From positions 210,740 to 274,739 of the forward strand of contig JAKLIA010000001.1 of the NCBI GenBank assembly GCA_022709865.1: 64,000 nt of DNA, written 5' to 3'. The position numbers and the translations under genes are program-made. The stretch is from Patescibacteria group bacterium. GTDB taxonomy: Bacteria > Patescibacteriota > Minisyncoccia > Portnoybacterales > GWB1-42-6. Positions 45,498 through 54,939 of this stretch are shown piece after piece (the first letter of the stretch is position 1; every line of letters starts with the position of its first letter). The notes below the pieces were generated by a model that saw only the letters and a list, made by a program, of their open reading frames with translations, did no database searches and was not told the origin of the DNA.

Positions 45498-46817
45498 TTA
45501 TTTTCCTCCACCCGAAAATATTGTTTTAATGGTTTTCAAAATGATCGCTAAGTCTAGGACGAATGAGCGGTTTTTTATGTAGAAGAGGTCATATTGCAAT
45601 TTTTGCAGAGTGTCTTTAGCTGAAGTGCCAAAAGGATGTTTCATTTGCGCCCAACCGGTCAGGCCGGGCTTAACAGAATGACGGACTTGATAAAAGGGGA
45701 CTTGAGATATTAGGTCTTCCGAAAAAGCAAACTCAGGTTTTTCCGGCCGCGGCCCCACAAAACTCATATCGCCTTTTAAAACATTCCAAACTTGCGGCAG
45801 CTCGTCCAGCCTAGTTTCTCTGAGCCAGCGGCCAATCCTTGATGTTTGGCTATTTTTTTCATGGGGCCGCCCGGAAGTGCAAAACTTGATTGTTTCAAAT
45901 ATCCGGTTATCTTGCCCCACTTTTTTTTGCCGGCAGAAGATTGGCCCGTGGAGGCTGATCTTTATAAGCAACGACACGAAAGGCGTTAAAAGCAGGGTGG
46001 GCAATCCGATTAGCAAGGAAAAGAAAATATCTGACACTCTTTTTATTCCTTCAAAAACGGTTCTGTGGTCGTTCATCAGATTTTGTAAGAACCACATTTC
46101 GCCGATGGAGGAAACCGGGATCTTCCCGGTTATTTTTTCATAGAAGGTTGGCAGGTCGGTGGCCATGATTTTTAGCGGCAAGCATTGATAAAGGTTGCGG
46201 ATAAGATTTTTATCTTCCTGCGGGTCTATGGAATTAATCACCACTTGGATTTTTTCTTGGATAATAGTTTCTATCAAGTCGTAAAGTATTTTTACGTCTT
46301 CCGGGCTAAGGATCTTTTTAATGCGATAGCCAAGTTGCGGATTATCTTTAATATATTGGACTAGTTCTTTGGTCTCTTCATTCTGTCCTAAGATCAAGAC
46401 ATTGTTTAAAAGCCCCGGGCTTTTTATGAAGAGGTTGAAAAATTGCCGCCACAGAAAGAAAAGGGCGGCAAAAATGCTAAAGCTGATAAAAAGATTAGTC
46501 TTTGGCGCGATGCCAAAATCAGGGATAAAGTAGAATAAAAGAATTGCGGAAATAGCGCTGATGACAACTGCTTTGCCTAAAGTGGCAAAAAAATAAAGAT
46601 TATTGCGGGCCAAAGACAAGTCGTAGAGGCCGAGAGTATAAAAAACGGCTAGAGAAAAAAGAAAGATCAAAGAAAAGGGGAGAAAATGGAAATCCCATTG
46701 GTTAAACCATTCGCAACCATAACGGATCAGCAAAGTAAAAAATAGCGCCAAATAAAGCATGGCGATATCACCAATCAAACAAAGCAATTCTTTTATTCTT
46801 CTGGTCAGAAATCTCAT
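45498..46817 (-). CDS. Polyprenyl-phosphate sugar-1-phosphate transferase (WbaP/WcaJ-type initiating phosphoglycosyltransferase)
   Basis: N-terminal transmembrane helices and the C-terminal bacterial sugar transferase domain (IGRWLRETRLDELPQVWNVLKGDMSFVGPRPE). It is the only convincing minus-strand gene in the window. Confidence 0.85.
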   Translation of the reverse strand: MRFLTRRIKELLCLIGDIAMLYLALFFTLLIRYGCEWFNQWDFHFLPFSLIFLFSLAVFYTLGLYDLSLARNNLYFFATLGKAVVISAISAILLFYFIPDFGIAPKTNLFISFSIFAALFFLWRQFFNLFIKSPGLLNNVLILGQNEETKELVQYIKDNPQLGYRIKKILSPEDVKILYDLIETIIQEKIQVVINSIDPQEDKNLIRNLYQCLPLKIMATDLPTFYEKITGKIPVSSIGEMWFLQNLMNDHRTVFEGIKRVSDIFFSLLIGLPTLLLTPFVSLLIKISLHGPIFCRQKKVGQDNRIFETIKFCTSGRPHEKNSQTSRIGRWLRETRLDELPQVWNVLKGDMSFVGPRPEKPEFAFSEDLISQVPFYQVRHSVKPGLTGWAQMKHPFGTSAKDTLQKLQYDLFYIKNRSFVLDLAIILKTIKTIFSGGGK

Positions 46818-46937
46818 AGGAGGGAAGCTATTTCTGATATTATAATTATACGATTTTTTAGTGATTTGGGCAATTTTTTATTGAATTAAAAGAGAAAATT
46901 AAGTAGAATAGTAATAAGAGAAAAGTGAAGCTGAGGG

Positions 46938-48761
46938 TTGTTTATGGACGCAAAAAAGACAAAAAAAATTTACGGATTAGTTTTTGGCGTTTTTCTAGGC
47001 AGCTTTTTATGGGCCGGAAATGCGCTAGCCTTTAAACTGGGAGAAAACCAGACTTTTTTTATTGATTCAAACTTTGACCTTGGCGGCCGCTCAGAAGTTA
47101 GCGCGACGCTTCGGCAAGTCGGCGACCACGCGCTATTTTATGTGGCCGACGATTGGTGGGCCGGTTTAAACACGGCGGAAGTAGAAGCGGCTAACGCGGC
47201 AATCGTAAGTCTGTCTAATGAGTTTGACCAGACGATCTATCATCGCTTAACCCAGGTTTATGGTTCTGAGTGGTCGCCGGGAATCGATAATGACCTGCGC
47301 ATCACGATCTTCATTACTAAAATAAAATTAGGGACCGGCGGTTATTTTAATTCTACGGACGAATATTACCGTTCCCAGCTCCCAAGTTCCAACGAGCGGG
47401 AGATGCTTTATCTAAACTCCGCTTATTTAGATTCTTCTTCGGCTAAGATTTTTTTGGCGCACGAGTTTCAGCACATGATAAACTTTTATCAAAAGGAAAA
47501 ATTGCGCAATAGTGTGGAAGAGATTTGGCTGAATGAAGCGCGCTCGGAATATGCAGCTACTCTCTGCGGTTATGACAACACTTATGAAGGCAGCAATTTA
47601 GAGCGGCGGGTAAAAGATTTTTTAAGATATTCGACCGATTCTCTGACTGAATGGCAAAACGAGTCGGCTGATTACGCCGCGGTGAATCTTTTTATGCAAT
47701 ATTTGGCTAGCCGTTATGGCGAGCAGCTTTTGACCAATTCGATGAAAACCGAAGCAATCGGTATTGCCAGCATAGACCAAGCTTTGGCTGCTGCCGGATT
47801 TTCCGAGAGATTTGATGATATTTTTTATAATTGGCTGATCGCTAATTTTGTTAATGATTGCCAGCTGGGTGCCGGGCAAAAATATTGTTATCTAAACTCT
47901 CTCTTGGGTTATAGCAGATTTCATGTTTCTCCTCAGATGAGTAATTTGATGGCGGTGCGCGAGGGAGTGAAGTTCTCTTTTGCTGATTCGGTTAAGGATT
48001 GGTCTGGCCGGTGGTATGAGATTTTGCCGGTGGGCTCGGGGCTCAACTTGATGGTTAATTTTCATGGCGCCAGCGCAACTAATTTTCAGGCTGCTTTATT
48101 AGTATTTAATCTTGATGGCACGAAGAGTCTTCGTTTTTTGAGCCTTGATTCTGCTCAAGCAGCCAGCACTATTCTTTCCGGTTTTGGAAATCAAATAAGC
48201 AGCGCGGTTTTGATTTTATTCAACCAAACAAAACAGACCGGCTTTTCTGCTAATGAGCCAACCTACGAGTTTTCTTACGATGCCCAAATTACCTCGTCTA
48301 ACGCATTGCCTTCTCCAACTGTTTCGCCTCTGCCCGCTACGCCCACTATCACTCCTCAGCCTGTTCCGGTGGCTAACCCCGGTTTTGCCGACGGCCTTTT
48401 AATTCGCGCTAAGGGCGATAGCAAAGTTTATATTGTAAAAGGCCAATATCGCCGCTGGATCCAAACGCCGCAAATTTTAGCGGCTTATCCGCATCTGGGT
48501 TGGCAAAGCATTGTGGAAGTTTCTAGCGAGCAATTAAATTGGTACCAAGAATCTTGGCTGATCCGGGCTGATGGAGATGCCCGAGTTTATGAAATAAATG
48601 GTGATGGCACGAAGCACTGGCTAAATATGAGCGCGGAGGCTTTTGGGCAATCCGGTCGTTATTGGGATATGGTATATATTGTTAATAGAACAGAGAGAGA
48701 CCTATACCGGACAGGGGCGGAGGTTTTTTTTAAGATAATTTTTTATGAGCAAGTCGCTTAA
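46938..48761 (+). CDS. Secreted hypothetical protein with an HExxH zinc-metallopeptidase-like motif and C-terminal tandem repeats
   Basis: Signal/transmembrane (IYGLVFGVFLGSFLWAGNALA). AHEFQHMINF is an HExxH motif. Two C-terminal repeats share LIRA(K/D)GD(S/A)(K/R)VY(I/E). Confidence 0.45.
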   Translation: MFMDAKKTKKIYGLVFGVFLGSFLWAGNALAFKLGENQTFFIDSNFDLGGRSEVSATLRQVGDHALFYVADDWWAGLNTAEVEAANAAIVSLSNEFDQTIYHRLTQVYGSEWSPGIDNDLRITIFITKIKLGTGGYFNSTDEYYRSQLPSSNEREMLYLNSAYLDSSSAKIFLAHEFQHMINFYQKEKLRNSVEEIWLNEARSEYAATLCGYDNTYEGSNLERRVKDFLRYSTDSLTEWQNESADYAAVNLFMQYLASRYGEQLLTNSMKTEAIGIASIDQALAAAGFSERFDDIFYNWLIANFVNDCQLGAGQKYCYLNSLLGYSRFHVSPQMSNLMAVREGVKFSFADSVKDWSGRWYEILPVGSGLNLMVNFHGASATNFQAALLVFNLDGTKSLRFLSLDSAQAASTILSGFGNQISSAVLILFNQTKQTGFSANEPTYEFSYDAQITSSNALPSPTVSPLPATPTITPQPVPVANPGFADGLLIRAKGDSKVYIVKGQYRRWIQTPQILAAYPHLGWQSIVEVSSEQLNWYQESWLIRADGDARVYEINGDGTKHWLNMSAEAFGQSGRYWDMVYIVNRTERDLYRTGAEVFFKIIFYEQVA

Positions 48762-49680
48762 TTTTCAAGAAAATATTAATTTAGCCGATTACACTACTTT
48801 TCGCATCGGAGGAACGGCGCGGTATTTTGTGGCTGTAAAAAATAAAGAGGAATTAATGGAGGCTTTAAGGTTTGCCAAGAATAATTCGCTGCCATTTTTT
48901 ATTTTGGGCGGTGGCAGCAATTTATTGGTTTCAGACAGCGGCTTTAACGGCTTGGCCATAAAAATGCAAAATGAGAGCATAAAAATGCAAGATGACGGAA
49001 AGAAGTGCAAAATTATTTGCGATGCCGGCGTGCTTCTGGGCAAAATTATTATAGAAACTAGCAGGTTGGGCTATTCTGGCGCGGAATGGGGTTTTGGGAT
49101 TCCGGGAACTATTGGCGGGGCGATCTGTGGCAATGCGGGGCGGCTGGGGCAAGATATTTCTCAGGTAGTAGAAAGCGTTACGGTTTTAGATGAAGGTCTT
49201 AATATAAAAACTTTATCAAAAGAAGAATGCGGTTTTGGCTATCGCTCTAGCCGCTTTAAAGAAAGCAAGGAGATTATTTTATCAGCTTCCTTGCTTTTTA
49301 TTAAAAAAGAACCGGCAGAAATAGAAGCGGTTTTGAACGAAGCTAAGGCGGCGGTTAAACAGGCTTTGCCTTTTCCTTCGGCGGGCTGCGTTTTTAAAAA
49401 TTATAAAGTAAAAGGGGAATCAGATGAGCTATTAAAAAACCATCCGGAGCTCATTGAGCGGATCCGGGGCGGCAAAATCGGCGTGGGCTACTTGATCGAC
49501 CAATGCGGCTTAAAAGGCAAGCAAGTCGGTGGCGCAAAGATCTGGGAAAATCATGCTAATTACATAATTAATCTTGGGGGAGCCAAGGCGCAAGATGTTA
49601 TGGCTTTGATAAAAATGGCCAAAGAGGCGATAAAAAACAAATATGGCATTGAAATGGAAGAAGAAATAAGGTATATATAA
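48745..49680 (+). CDS. murB: UDP-N-acetylenolpyruvoylglucosamine reductase
   Basis: ADYTTFRIGGTARYFV...FFILGGGSNLL FAD-binding signature and the MurB C-terminal domain. Confidence 0.9.
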   Translation: MSKSLNFQENINLADYTTFRIGGTARYFVAVKNKEELMEALRFAKNNSLPFFILGGGSNLLVSDSGFNGLAIKMQNESIKMQDDGKKCKIICDAGVLLGKIIIETSRLGYSGAEWGFGIPGTIGGAICGNAGRLGQDISQVVESVTVLDEGLNIKTLSKEECGFGYRSSRFKESKEIILSASLLFIKKEPAEIEAVLNEAKAAVKQALPFPSAGCVFKNYKVKGESDELLKNHPELIERIRGGKIGVGYLIDQCGLKGKQVGGAKIWENHANYIINLGGAKAQDVMALIKMAKEAIKNKYGIEMEEEIRYI

Positions 49681-49770
49681 ATTAGTCGCTAAAAATAAAA
49701 ATTAAAATTATAAAAAATGAAAAGGAGATTGCTAAAAATCGAAAATTCGTTCAGAAGAGATTATTTTCTA

Positions 49771-49799
49771 TTGCATTTATTTTTTGCCAGGTTTATTAT
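49771..49799 (+). promoter_or_regulatory. Sigma70-like promoter, TTGCAT-17nt-TATTAT, upstream of hpf
   Basis: Read directly: -35 at 49771-49776, -10 at 49794-49799. Confidence 0.35.
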
Positions 49800-49816
49800 G
49801 AAGATAAGAAAAAGAC

Positions 49817-50200
49817 ATGAAAATAATTTTCAAAAGTAAAAACTTTTCTTTAACGCCTAGCATCGAAGAATATATCCAGAAAAAAATAAAGACATTAGAA
49901 AAGTTTCTAAAAAACTTTAACCAGGAAGCAATTAAGTTTGAAGTTGAAGTTGGGCGCACCACCTATCACCATCAAAGTGGCGATATTTTTCGGGCGGAAA
50001 TTAATTTGGATCTGGGTGGCAAATTAGTCCGCGCCGAATCCGAAAAAAGCGACTTATTTTCGGCAATCGATGAAACGCGGGATGATCTTGAGCAGGAAAT
50101 AAAAAAGATCAAAACAAAAGGGGATACGATTTTTATCCGTGGCGCCCGCAGCATTAAAAAGAAGTTTAGTCTCTCAAACTTGGCGCGATTTAAGCAATAA
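49817..50200 (+). CDS. hpf: Ribosome hibernation-promoting factor / RaiA family (short form)
   Basis: MKIIFKSKNFSLTPSIEEYIQKKIKTLEKF...EINLDLGGKLVRAE is a classic YfiA/HPF. Confidence 0.85.
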   Translation: MKIIFKSKNFSLTPSIEEYIQKKIKTLEKFLKNFNQEAIKFEVEVGRTTYHHQSGDIFRAEINLDLGGKLVRAESEKSDLFSAIDETRDDLEQEIKKIKTKGDTIFIRGARSIKKKFSLSNLARFKQ

Positions 50201-50272
50201 TTATTTAATACAATATAAAAAATCAATTGACTGATTAATATAATCGGTCAGTGGATAAATAAAAAATAAAAT

Positions 50273-50860
50273 ATGGTTCCTAGCAGGGTTTTTTTTACGA
50301 AAGGCGTTGGCGTGCATAAGGAGTATTTAACTTCATTTGAGCTGGCATTACGAGATGCGGGAATCGCTCCTTTTAATATTGTGACAGTTTCCAGTATTTA
50401 TCCGCCGGGCTGCAAAAAGATATCTAAAGAAGACGGATTAAAAATCCTAAGGCCCGGACAAATCTTATATTGCGTGATGAGCCGCAACGCTACTAACGAA
50501 CCAAACCGCCTAATCGCTGCTTCGGTTGGTTGCGCTGTGCCGGCAGATGAGGCGCAATACGGTTATCTTTCCGAACATCATTCTTTTGGTGAAACCGACC
50601 AGAAAGCCGGGGATTATGCCGAAGACCTGGCAGCTTCGATGTTGGCCTCGACCTTGGGCATTGAGTTTGATCCGGCTAGCGCTTGGGATGAGCGGGAAAA
50701 TCTTTATAAAATGAGCGGCAAAATAGTTAAGACAACTAATATTACCCAATCGGCGATTGGCAATAAAGATGGCCTGTGGACGACAGTGCTAGCGTCAGCG
50801 GTTTTCATTTTGCCAAGTTATTTGGAGCAAAAAGAAACTAATGGTTCAAGCCAAAGTTAA
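50273..50860 (+). CDS. pdaD: Pyruvoyl-dependent arginine decarboxylase
   Basis: [15 protein letters not shown]...[14 protein letters not shown], with the Ser-Ser self-cleavage site. Confidence 0.85.
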   Translation: MVPSRVFFTKGVGVHKEYLTSFELALRDAGIAPFNIVTVSSIYPPGCKKISKEDGLKILRPGQILYCVMSRNATNEPNRLIAASVGCAVPADEAQYGYLSEHHSFGETDQKAGDYAEDLAASMLASTLGIEFDPASAWDERENLYKMSGKIVKTTNITQSAIGNKDGLWTTVLASAVFILPSYLEQKETNGSSQS

Positions 50861-50897
50861 AAAATAAAGACAGCTGGAGGGGCTTTGATTTTGTTCT

Positions 50898-52067
50898 ATG
50901 AAACATCTAACTAAGCGCTTGGTGGGCAAAAGAGTACTTTCTGAGCCGATTACCGGCAATGAATCCACCGCGCAGCTTTTTGAGAAGGCGTTTGGCGCCT
51001 ATGTGGGGCGCGAAGTAAAAACCGCTTATCAAATCATTAGGCGGATGATCGAAAAAGATCATACGATCGTTTTGGCAATTTCCGGTGCGATGACTCCGGC
51101 GGATTTAGGCGTTTCCTGCATTATTCCGCTGATCAAATCCGGCATTGTGGATATTATCACAACTACCGGCGCCAATCTTTATCATGACTTGCAACGGCAA
51201 GAAAGCGATAATTGGTACGAGGTTGACCCTAACCAAGGGGATATAAAATTGCGCAAAGCCGGCTGGACTCGCATTTATGATACCGGTTTTCCGGAAGACG
51301 ATCTTTGGGAAACAGATAATTTGGTGGTGGATTTGGTACGGCGGCCGGATTTTGCCAAACAAATGACGACCACAGAGTTTCATTATTTATTGGGCCGCCA
51401 CATGGCCAGATACGGCAAGCGCCGTTTTAAGCGGGCGGATCTGAATCGCAGCATTTTAGTGCAAGCTTATCGCAATGGCGTGCCGATTTTTTGCGGTGCG
51501 CCGCAAGACGGCTCGATCTTTTTAAACTTGGCATTTTTGAAAAAAAAGCTGGGGCATAAATATCATTTTGGTATTAATTTGGAAGACGATATCCATGAGT
51601 TTGGTTCGTATCATTATTTTGCCAAGAATAAGTTTAGCAAGAAGCTTTCGGTTATAATTTTGGGCGGCGGCGTGCCCAAGAACTATTCGCTGCAGCCCGA
51701 GCCGTATCTGGCGCAGATTTGTGATTTGGATGTGGGCGGCTATGATATGGATGTGCAAATCTGTGATGCCCATGTGCAAAACGGCGGCTTATCTTCTTGC
51801 ACGGCGAGCGAGGCTCATACTTGGGGCAAAACCTCGGAAGATTGTCTTAAAAACTCCCAATATGTTCTATCCGACGTCACAGCGGTTTTTCCTTTTATTG
51901 TGCACGCTTTGATGCAGGAAGGATTAGACAAAGAACCTCGGCGCTTATTTGAACATCGAGAAGAGGCAGTTGCTTTATTGGATAAGGCTTTGCGCAAACA
52001 TACCTTGAAAGCTTATTTTGAAAAAGGGAGAAAAAAGAACGGCTTATTAAACGGAAGTCATCTTTAA
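50898..52067 (+). CDS. Deoxyhypusine synthase-like protein (DHS family; possibly homospermidine synthase)
   Basis: AISGAMTPADLGVSCIIPLIKSGIVDIITTTGANLYHD is the DHS-family NAD-binding signature. Confidence 0.8.
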   Translation: MKHLTKRLVGKRVLSEPITGNESTAQLFEKAFGAYVGREVKTAYQIIRRMIEKDHTIVLAISGAMTPADLGVSCIIPLIKSGIVDIITTTGANLYHDLQRQESDNWYEVDPNQGDIKLRKAGWTRIYDTGFPEDDLWETDNLVVDLVRRPDFAKQMTTTEFHYLLGRHMARYGKRRFKRADLNRSILVQAYRNGVPIFCGAPQDGSIFLNLAFLKKKLGHKYHFGINLEDDIHEFGSYHYFAKNKFSKKLSVIILGGGVPKNYSLQPEPYLAQICDLDVGGYDMDVQICDAHVQNGGLSSCTASEAHTWGKTSEDCLKNSQYVLSDVTAVFPFIVHALMQEGLDKEPRRLFEHREEAVALLDKALRKHTLKAYFEKGRKKNGLLNGSHL

Positions 52068-52076
52068 AAATATTTT

Positions 52077-52931
52077 GTGGCCAAGAACTTTTTAGATATC
52101 AAAGAAAAAATCCAAAATGAGGCACAAGTTGTAATTGTGCCTTTTGGTTTTGAGGCCACAACTACTTATGGCGGTGGCACGGATAAGGGTCCGGAAGCCA
52201 TTATTAAGGCTAGTGCTCAAGTTGAGCTTTTTGACGAAGAACTTTGGCAAGAGACTTATAAAAAAGTGGGCATTAATACGCTTAAGGAGCCTAAAAATCT
52301 TAAGGTCTTAGAAAAGGCGGTTGGCGAGACGATAAAAAATAAAAAGTTGCCAATCGTGCTAGGCGGCGAACACAGTATTACGCCTTTTATTATTAGTGCT
52401 TATAAAAAATCAGGATTTGATAATTTTAGTATTTTGCAGTTTGATGCGCACGCGGATCTGCGCGACGGGTATTTAGGCAAAAAATATTCCCATGCCGCGG
52501 CTATGCGGCGGTGCTTAGATTTTGACGGAATTAACTTAGTGCAAGTTGGCATCCGTAATATTAGTAACGAAAACGACGAATTAGTTTTTTGGGAGAAAAA
52601 CCAGAACAGAATAAAAACTTTTTGGGCTAAAGATGAAGCCACCTGGAAAATTAATGAAATTGTCGGCGCCTTAAAAGAAAATGTTTATATTTCTTTTGAT
52701 GTTGATGCGTTTGATTGCAGCTTAATGCCTTCAACCGGCACGCCGGAACCCGGCGGGCTAGGTTGGTATGAGGCGATAGATATTTTACGTGCGGTTTGCC
52801 AGAATAAAAAAATTATTGGCGCGGATTTTGTGGAGCTAGCGCCAATCAAGGGGCTGCACGCGCCGGATTTTTTGGTAGCTAAGCTAATTTATAAAACTAT
52901 CGGTTATATATTTAACAGGGTAAACAAATAA
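52077..52931 (+). CDS. speB: Agmatinase (arginase/ureohydrolase family)
   Basis: GGEHSITP, QFDAHADLRD and SFDVDAFD are manganese-ligand motifs. Confidence 0.85.
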   Translation: MAKNFLDIKEKIQNEAQVVIVPFGFEATTTYGGGTDKGPEAIIKASAQVELFDEELWQETYKKVGINTLKEPKNLKVLEKAVGETIKNKKLPIVLGGEHSITPFIISAYKKSGFDNFSILQFDAHADLRDGYLGKKYSHAAAMRRCLDFDGINLVQVGIRNISNENDELVFWEKNQNRIKTFWAKDEATWKINEIVGALKENVYISFDVDAFDCSLMPSTGTPEPGGLGWYEAIDILRAVCQNKKIIGADFVELAPIKGLHAPDFLVAKLIYKTIGYIFNRVNK

Positions 52932-52935
52932 AATT

Positions 52936-53466
52936 ATGACTAATCTTCAAGTTTTACAGTTAACAAAAACAAAAACTTTGTTTTTTGCGGCAGTTTTTAC
53001 CGCTTTATCGGTAGCAACACCTATGGCCGCGCATTATTTTGGCGGGCCGCTGGCCGGTAGATTATTTTTACCGATGCACTTTTTTGTTTTGAGTGCTGGT
53101 TTGTTGCTGGGCTGGCGCGCGGGCTTGGCGGTTGGAGTTTTAACGCCCTTGATTGCTTATAGCGTTTCGGTTATGCCGTTAGCTGCAGTTTTGCCGTTTA
53201 TTATAATCGAGGTGGCTGCTTATGGGTTTTTTGCCGGCTTGTTGCAAGAGCGATTTAAAAATATTTGGGTTTCTCTGGTTGGCGCGATGGTTTTAGGGCG
53301 CTTATTTTTATGGTTGGGCATTGCGATACTGCCGACGAAATTAATTGCTAGCCAATATTTAGTTGGAACGTTGCAGGCTGGTTGGCGGGGAATAGCGCTG
53401 CAAATATTGCTGGTGCCAATCGCCGTTATCTTTATTCAAAAGTTTTTGCGCGATGAAAGAATATAG
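52936..53466 (+). CDS. Small polytopic membrane protein, possibly an ECF-transporter S-component-like
   Basis: 176 aa with about 6 transmembrane helices and a glycine-rich helix 1. Confidence 0.35.
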   Translation: MTNLQVLQLTKTKTLFFAAVFTALSVATPMAAHYFGGPLAGRLFLPMHFFVLSAGLLLGWRAGLAVGVLTPLIAYSVSVMPLAAVLPFIIIEVAAYGFFAGLLQERFKNIWVSLVGAMVLGRLFLWLGIAILPTKLIASQYLVGTLQAGWRGIALQILLVPIAVIFIQKFLRDERI

Positions 53467-53848
53467 TTTGGATTTTTTTCTGGCCAAAGGCTGGGCGTTT
53501 GCGCTGGTTAAAGAAAATAAAATTATATATAGATCTAAAAAGCAAAGGCTGCTTCCTTTGCTTTTTTGCTTAAAGAATTATAAGGCACAAATGCGGGGGG
53601 CGATGGTTTTTGATAAAGTTGTCGGTCGCGCCGCCGCGCTGCTTTTGGTTTGCGGCGGCGTAAAAAAAGTTATAACACCGCTGATATCGCGCAACGCTCT
53701 GCAAGTCTTGGCGCGCGGCGGCGCGGAAGTTAAATACCAAAAAATCGTCAAAAATATTTTAAATATGAAAGGGGATGATTTATGCCCGATGGAAAAATTA
53801 AGCCAAGGGAAAAAAGCGGAGGAGTTTGCTAAGATTATGAAAGTTTAG
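53453..53848 (+). CDS. Hypothetical protein (DUF1893/TM1506-like)
   Basis: 131 aa. A weak resemblance to the TM1506 family (VFDKVVGRAAALLLVCGGVKKV). Overlaps the preceding gene by 14 nt. Confidence 0.3.
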   Translation: MKEYSLDFFLAKGWAFALVKENKIIYRSKKQRLLPLLFCLKNYKAQMRGAMVFDKVVGRAAALLLVCGGVKKVITPLISRNALQVLARGGAEVKYQKIVKNILNMKGDDLCPMEKLSQGKKAEEFAKIMKV

Positions 53849-53874
53849 AAAAAAGAACCTCTTTTATTTTTTTC

Positions 53875-53897
53875 AGCCGCCTAGCGCGGCTTTTTTA
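53875..53897 (+). terminator. Rho-independent terminator
   Basis: AGCCGC-ctagc-GCGGCT perfect 6-bp stem followed by TTTTTT. Confidence 0.55.
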
Positions 53898-53913
53898 AAC
53901 CTAGATACATTTA

Positions 53914-53942
53914 TTGACATATTTTTATAAAAAGCGTATAAT
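53914..53942 (+). promoter_or_regulatory. Consensus sigma70 promoter, TTGACA-17nt-TATAAT
   Basis: Perfect -35 (53914-53919) and -10 (53937-53942) hexamers with a 17-nt spacer, 57 nt upstream of the flavoprotein ATG, which has an AAGGAGG RBS. Confidence 0.55.
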
Positions 53943-53998
53943 ATTATATTCAACTAAAGATTGTTCTTAAAATAAAAATATAGATAAAGGAGGAAAAA

Positions 53999-54787
53999 AT
54001 GAACGCTCTGGTAAGAAAAATAAAAATAATTTTATTTAATTTATTGCGCCGGTTAATCGGGACCGAAACTATAGAGGTTCGATTGAAACCAAAGGAAAAG
54101 TTTCAGGGGCCAATAAAAGTTTTGGGCATCAGTGGCAGTCCGCGAGGTAAAAAAAGCCGAAGTTATAAAATGCTAGAAACGGTTTTGGCGCATGCCAGAA
54201 GTTTTGGCGCTGAAACTAAAGTCATTGTTCTTAGTGAGCAATGGATGCGGCCTTGCGAAGGATGCTTATCAGGTAATGAAGAATGTGTTTTTCCTTGTAT
54301 CCATGACGAAGACGATACTAATGATATTTTGCAGGCGATAATCGACGCGGACGCTTTTGTTTTTGCCACGCCGGTGCATTGGGCTGCCCCATCAGTATTG
54401 TTAAAAATGTTGGTAGATAAAATGGTGGCTTTGGAAGAAAACCACTACGAACTAGCCTTTCGTGATGGCCGCGAGCCATTACTTGGCAAGCCGTGCGTTT
54501 TGTTGGCGTCGCAGGAGGGCGATGGCGCCACGATGGCGCTTTCCTGGCTAGCCGGCGAATTACGGGAAATGGGCGTTTGGACTTTGCCCTGGGGACAGAC
54601 TTTTAAACCGGCTTTGCTTGAGCGAAAATTAATTCGCGTTGGATTGAGAATTATTAATGAGCGCAAGTTTGAATGGATTGATAACACTTTGCGCGCGGCT
54701 GGCCGGAATATTGTTCTGGCAACAAAGCTTTTTAAAGAAAATGGCTATCAATGGGACGACTATGATTTAATCGAACCAAATTGTTAG
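53999..54787 (+). CDS. NADPH-dependent FMN reductase-like flavoprotein with a cysteine cluster (iron-sulfur flavoprotein type)
   Basis: IKVLGISGSPRGKKSRS flavodoxin-like motif and a CEGC...C..C cluster. Confidence 0.65.
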   Translation: MNALVRKIKIILFNLLRRLIGTETIEVRLKPKEKFQGPIKVLGISGSPRGKKSRSYKMLETVLAHARSFGAETKVIVLSEQWMRPCEGCLSGNEECVFPCIHDEDDTNDILQAIIDADAFVFATPVHWAAPSVLLKMLVDKMVALEENHYELAFRDGREPLLGKPCVLLASQEGDGATMALSWLAGELREMGVWTLPWGQTFKPALLERKLIRVGLRIINERKFEWIDNTLRAAGRNIVLATKLFKENGYQWDDYDLIEPNC

Positions 54788-54793
54788 CTCAAT

Positions 54794-54821
54794 GGGGTTG
54801 GCCGAAGCCAGCCCCTTTTTT
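54794..54821 (+). terminator. Rho-independent terminator
   Basis: GGGGTTGGC-cgaa-GCCAGCCCC, a 9-bp stem with one G-U pair, then TTTTTT. Confidence 0.55.
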
Positions 54822-54939
54822 ATTTTAGCTAGCGAGGAGCGCCACACAAACGAAGTCTGTATAGTGTCCGAATGAAGTCAAAATATAGTCTGCTATAGTT
54901 GCAATTTTAGCCATTTTTCTATATAATTTAGGCATATTT

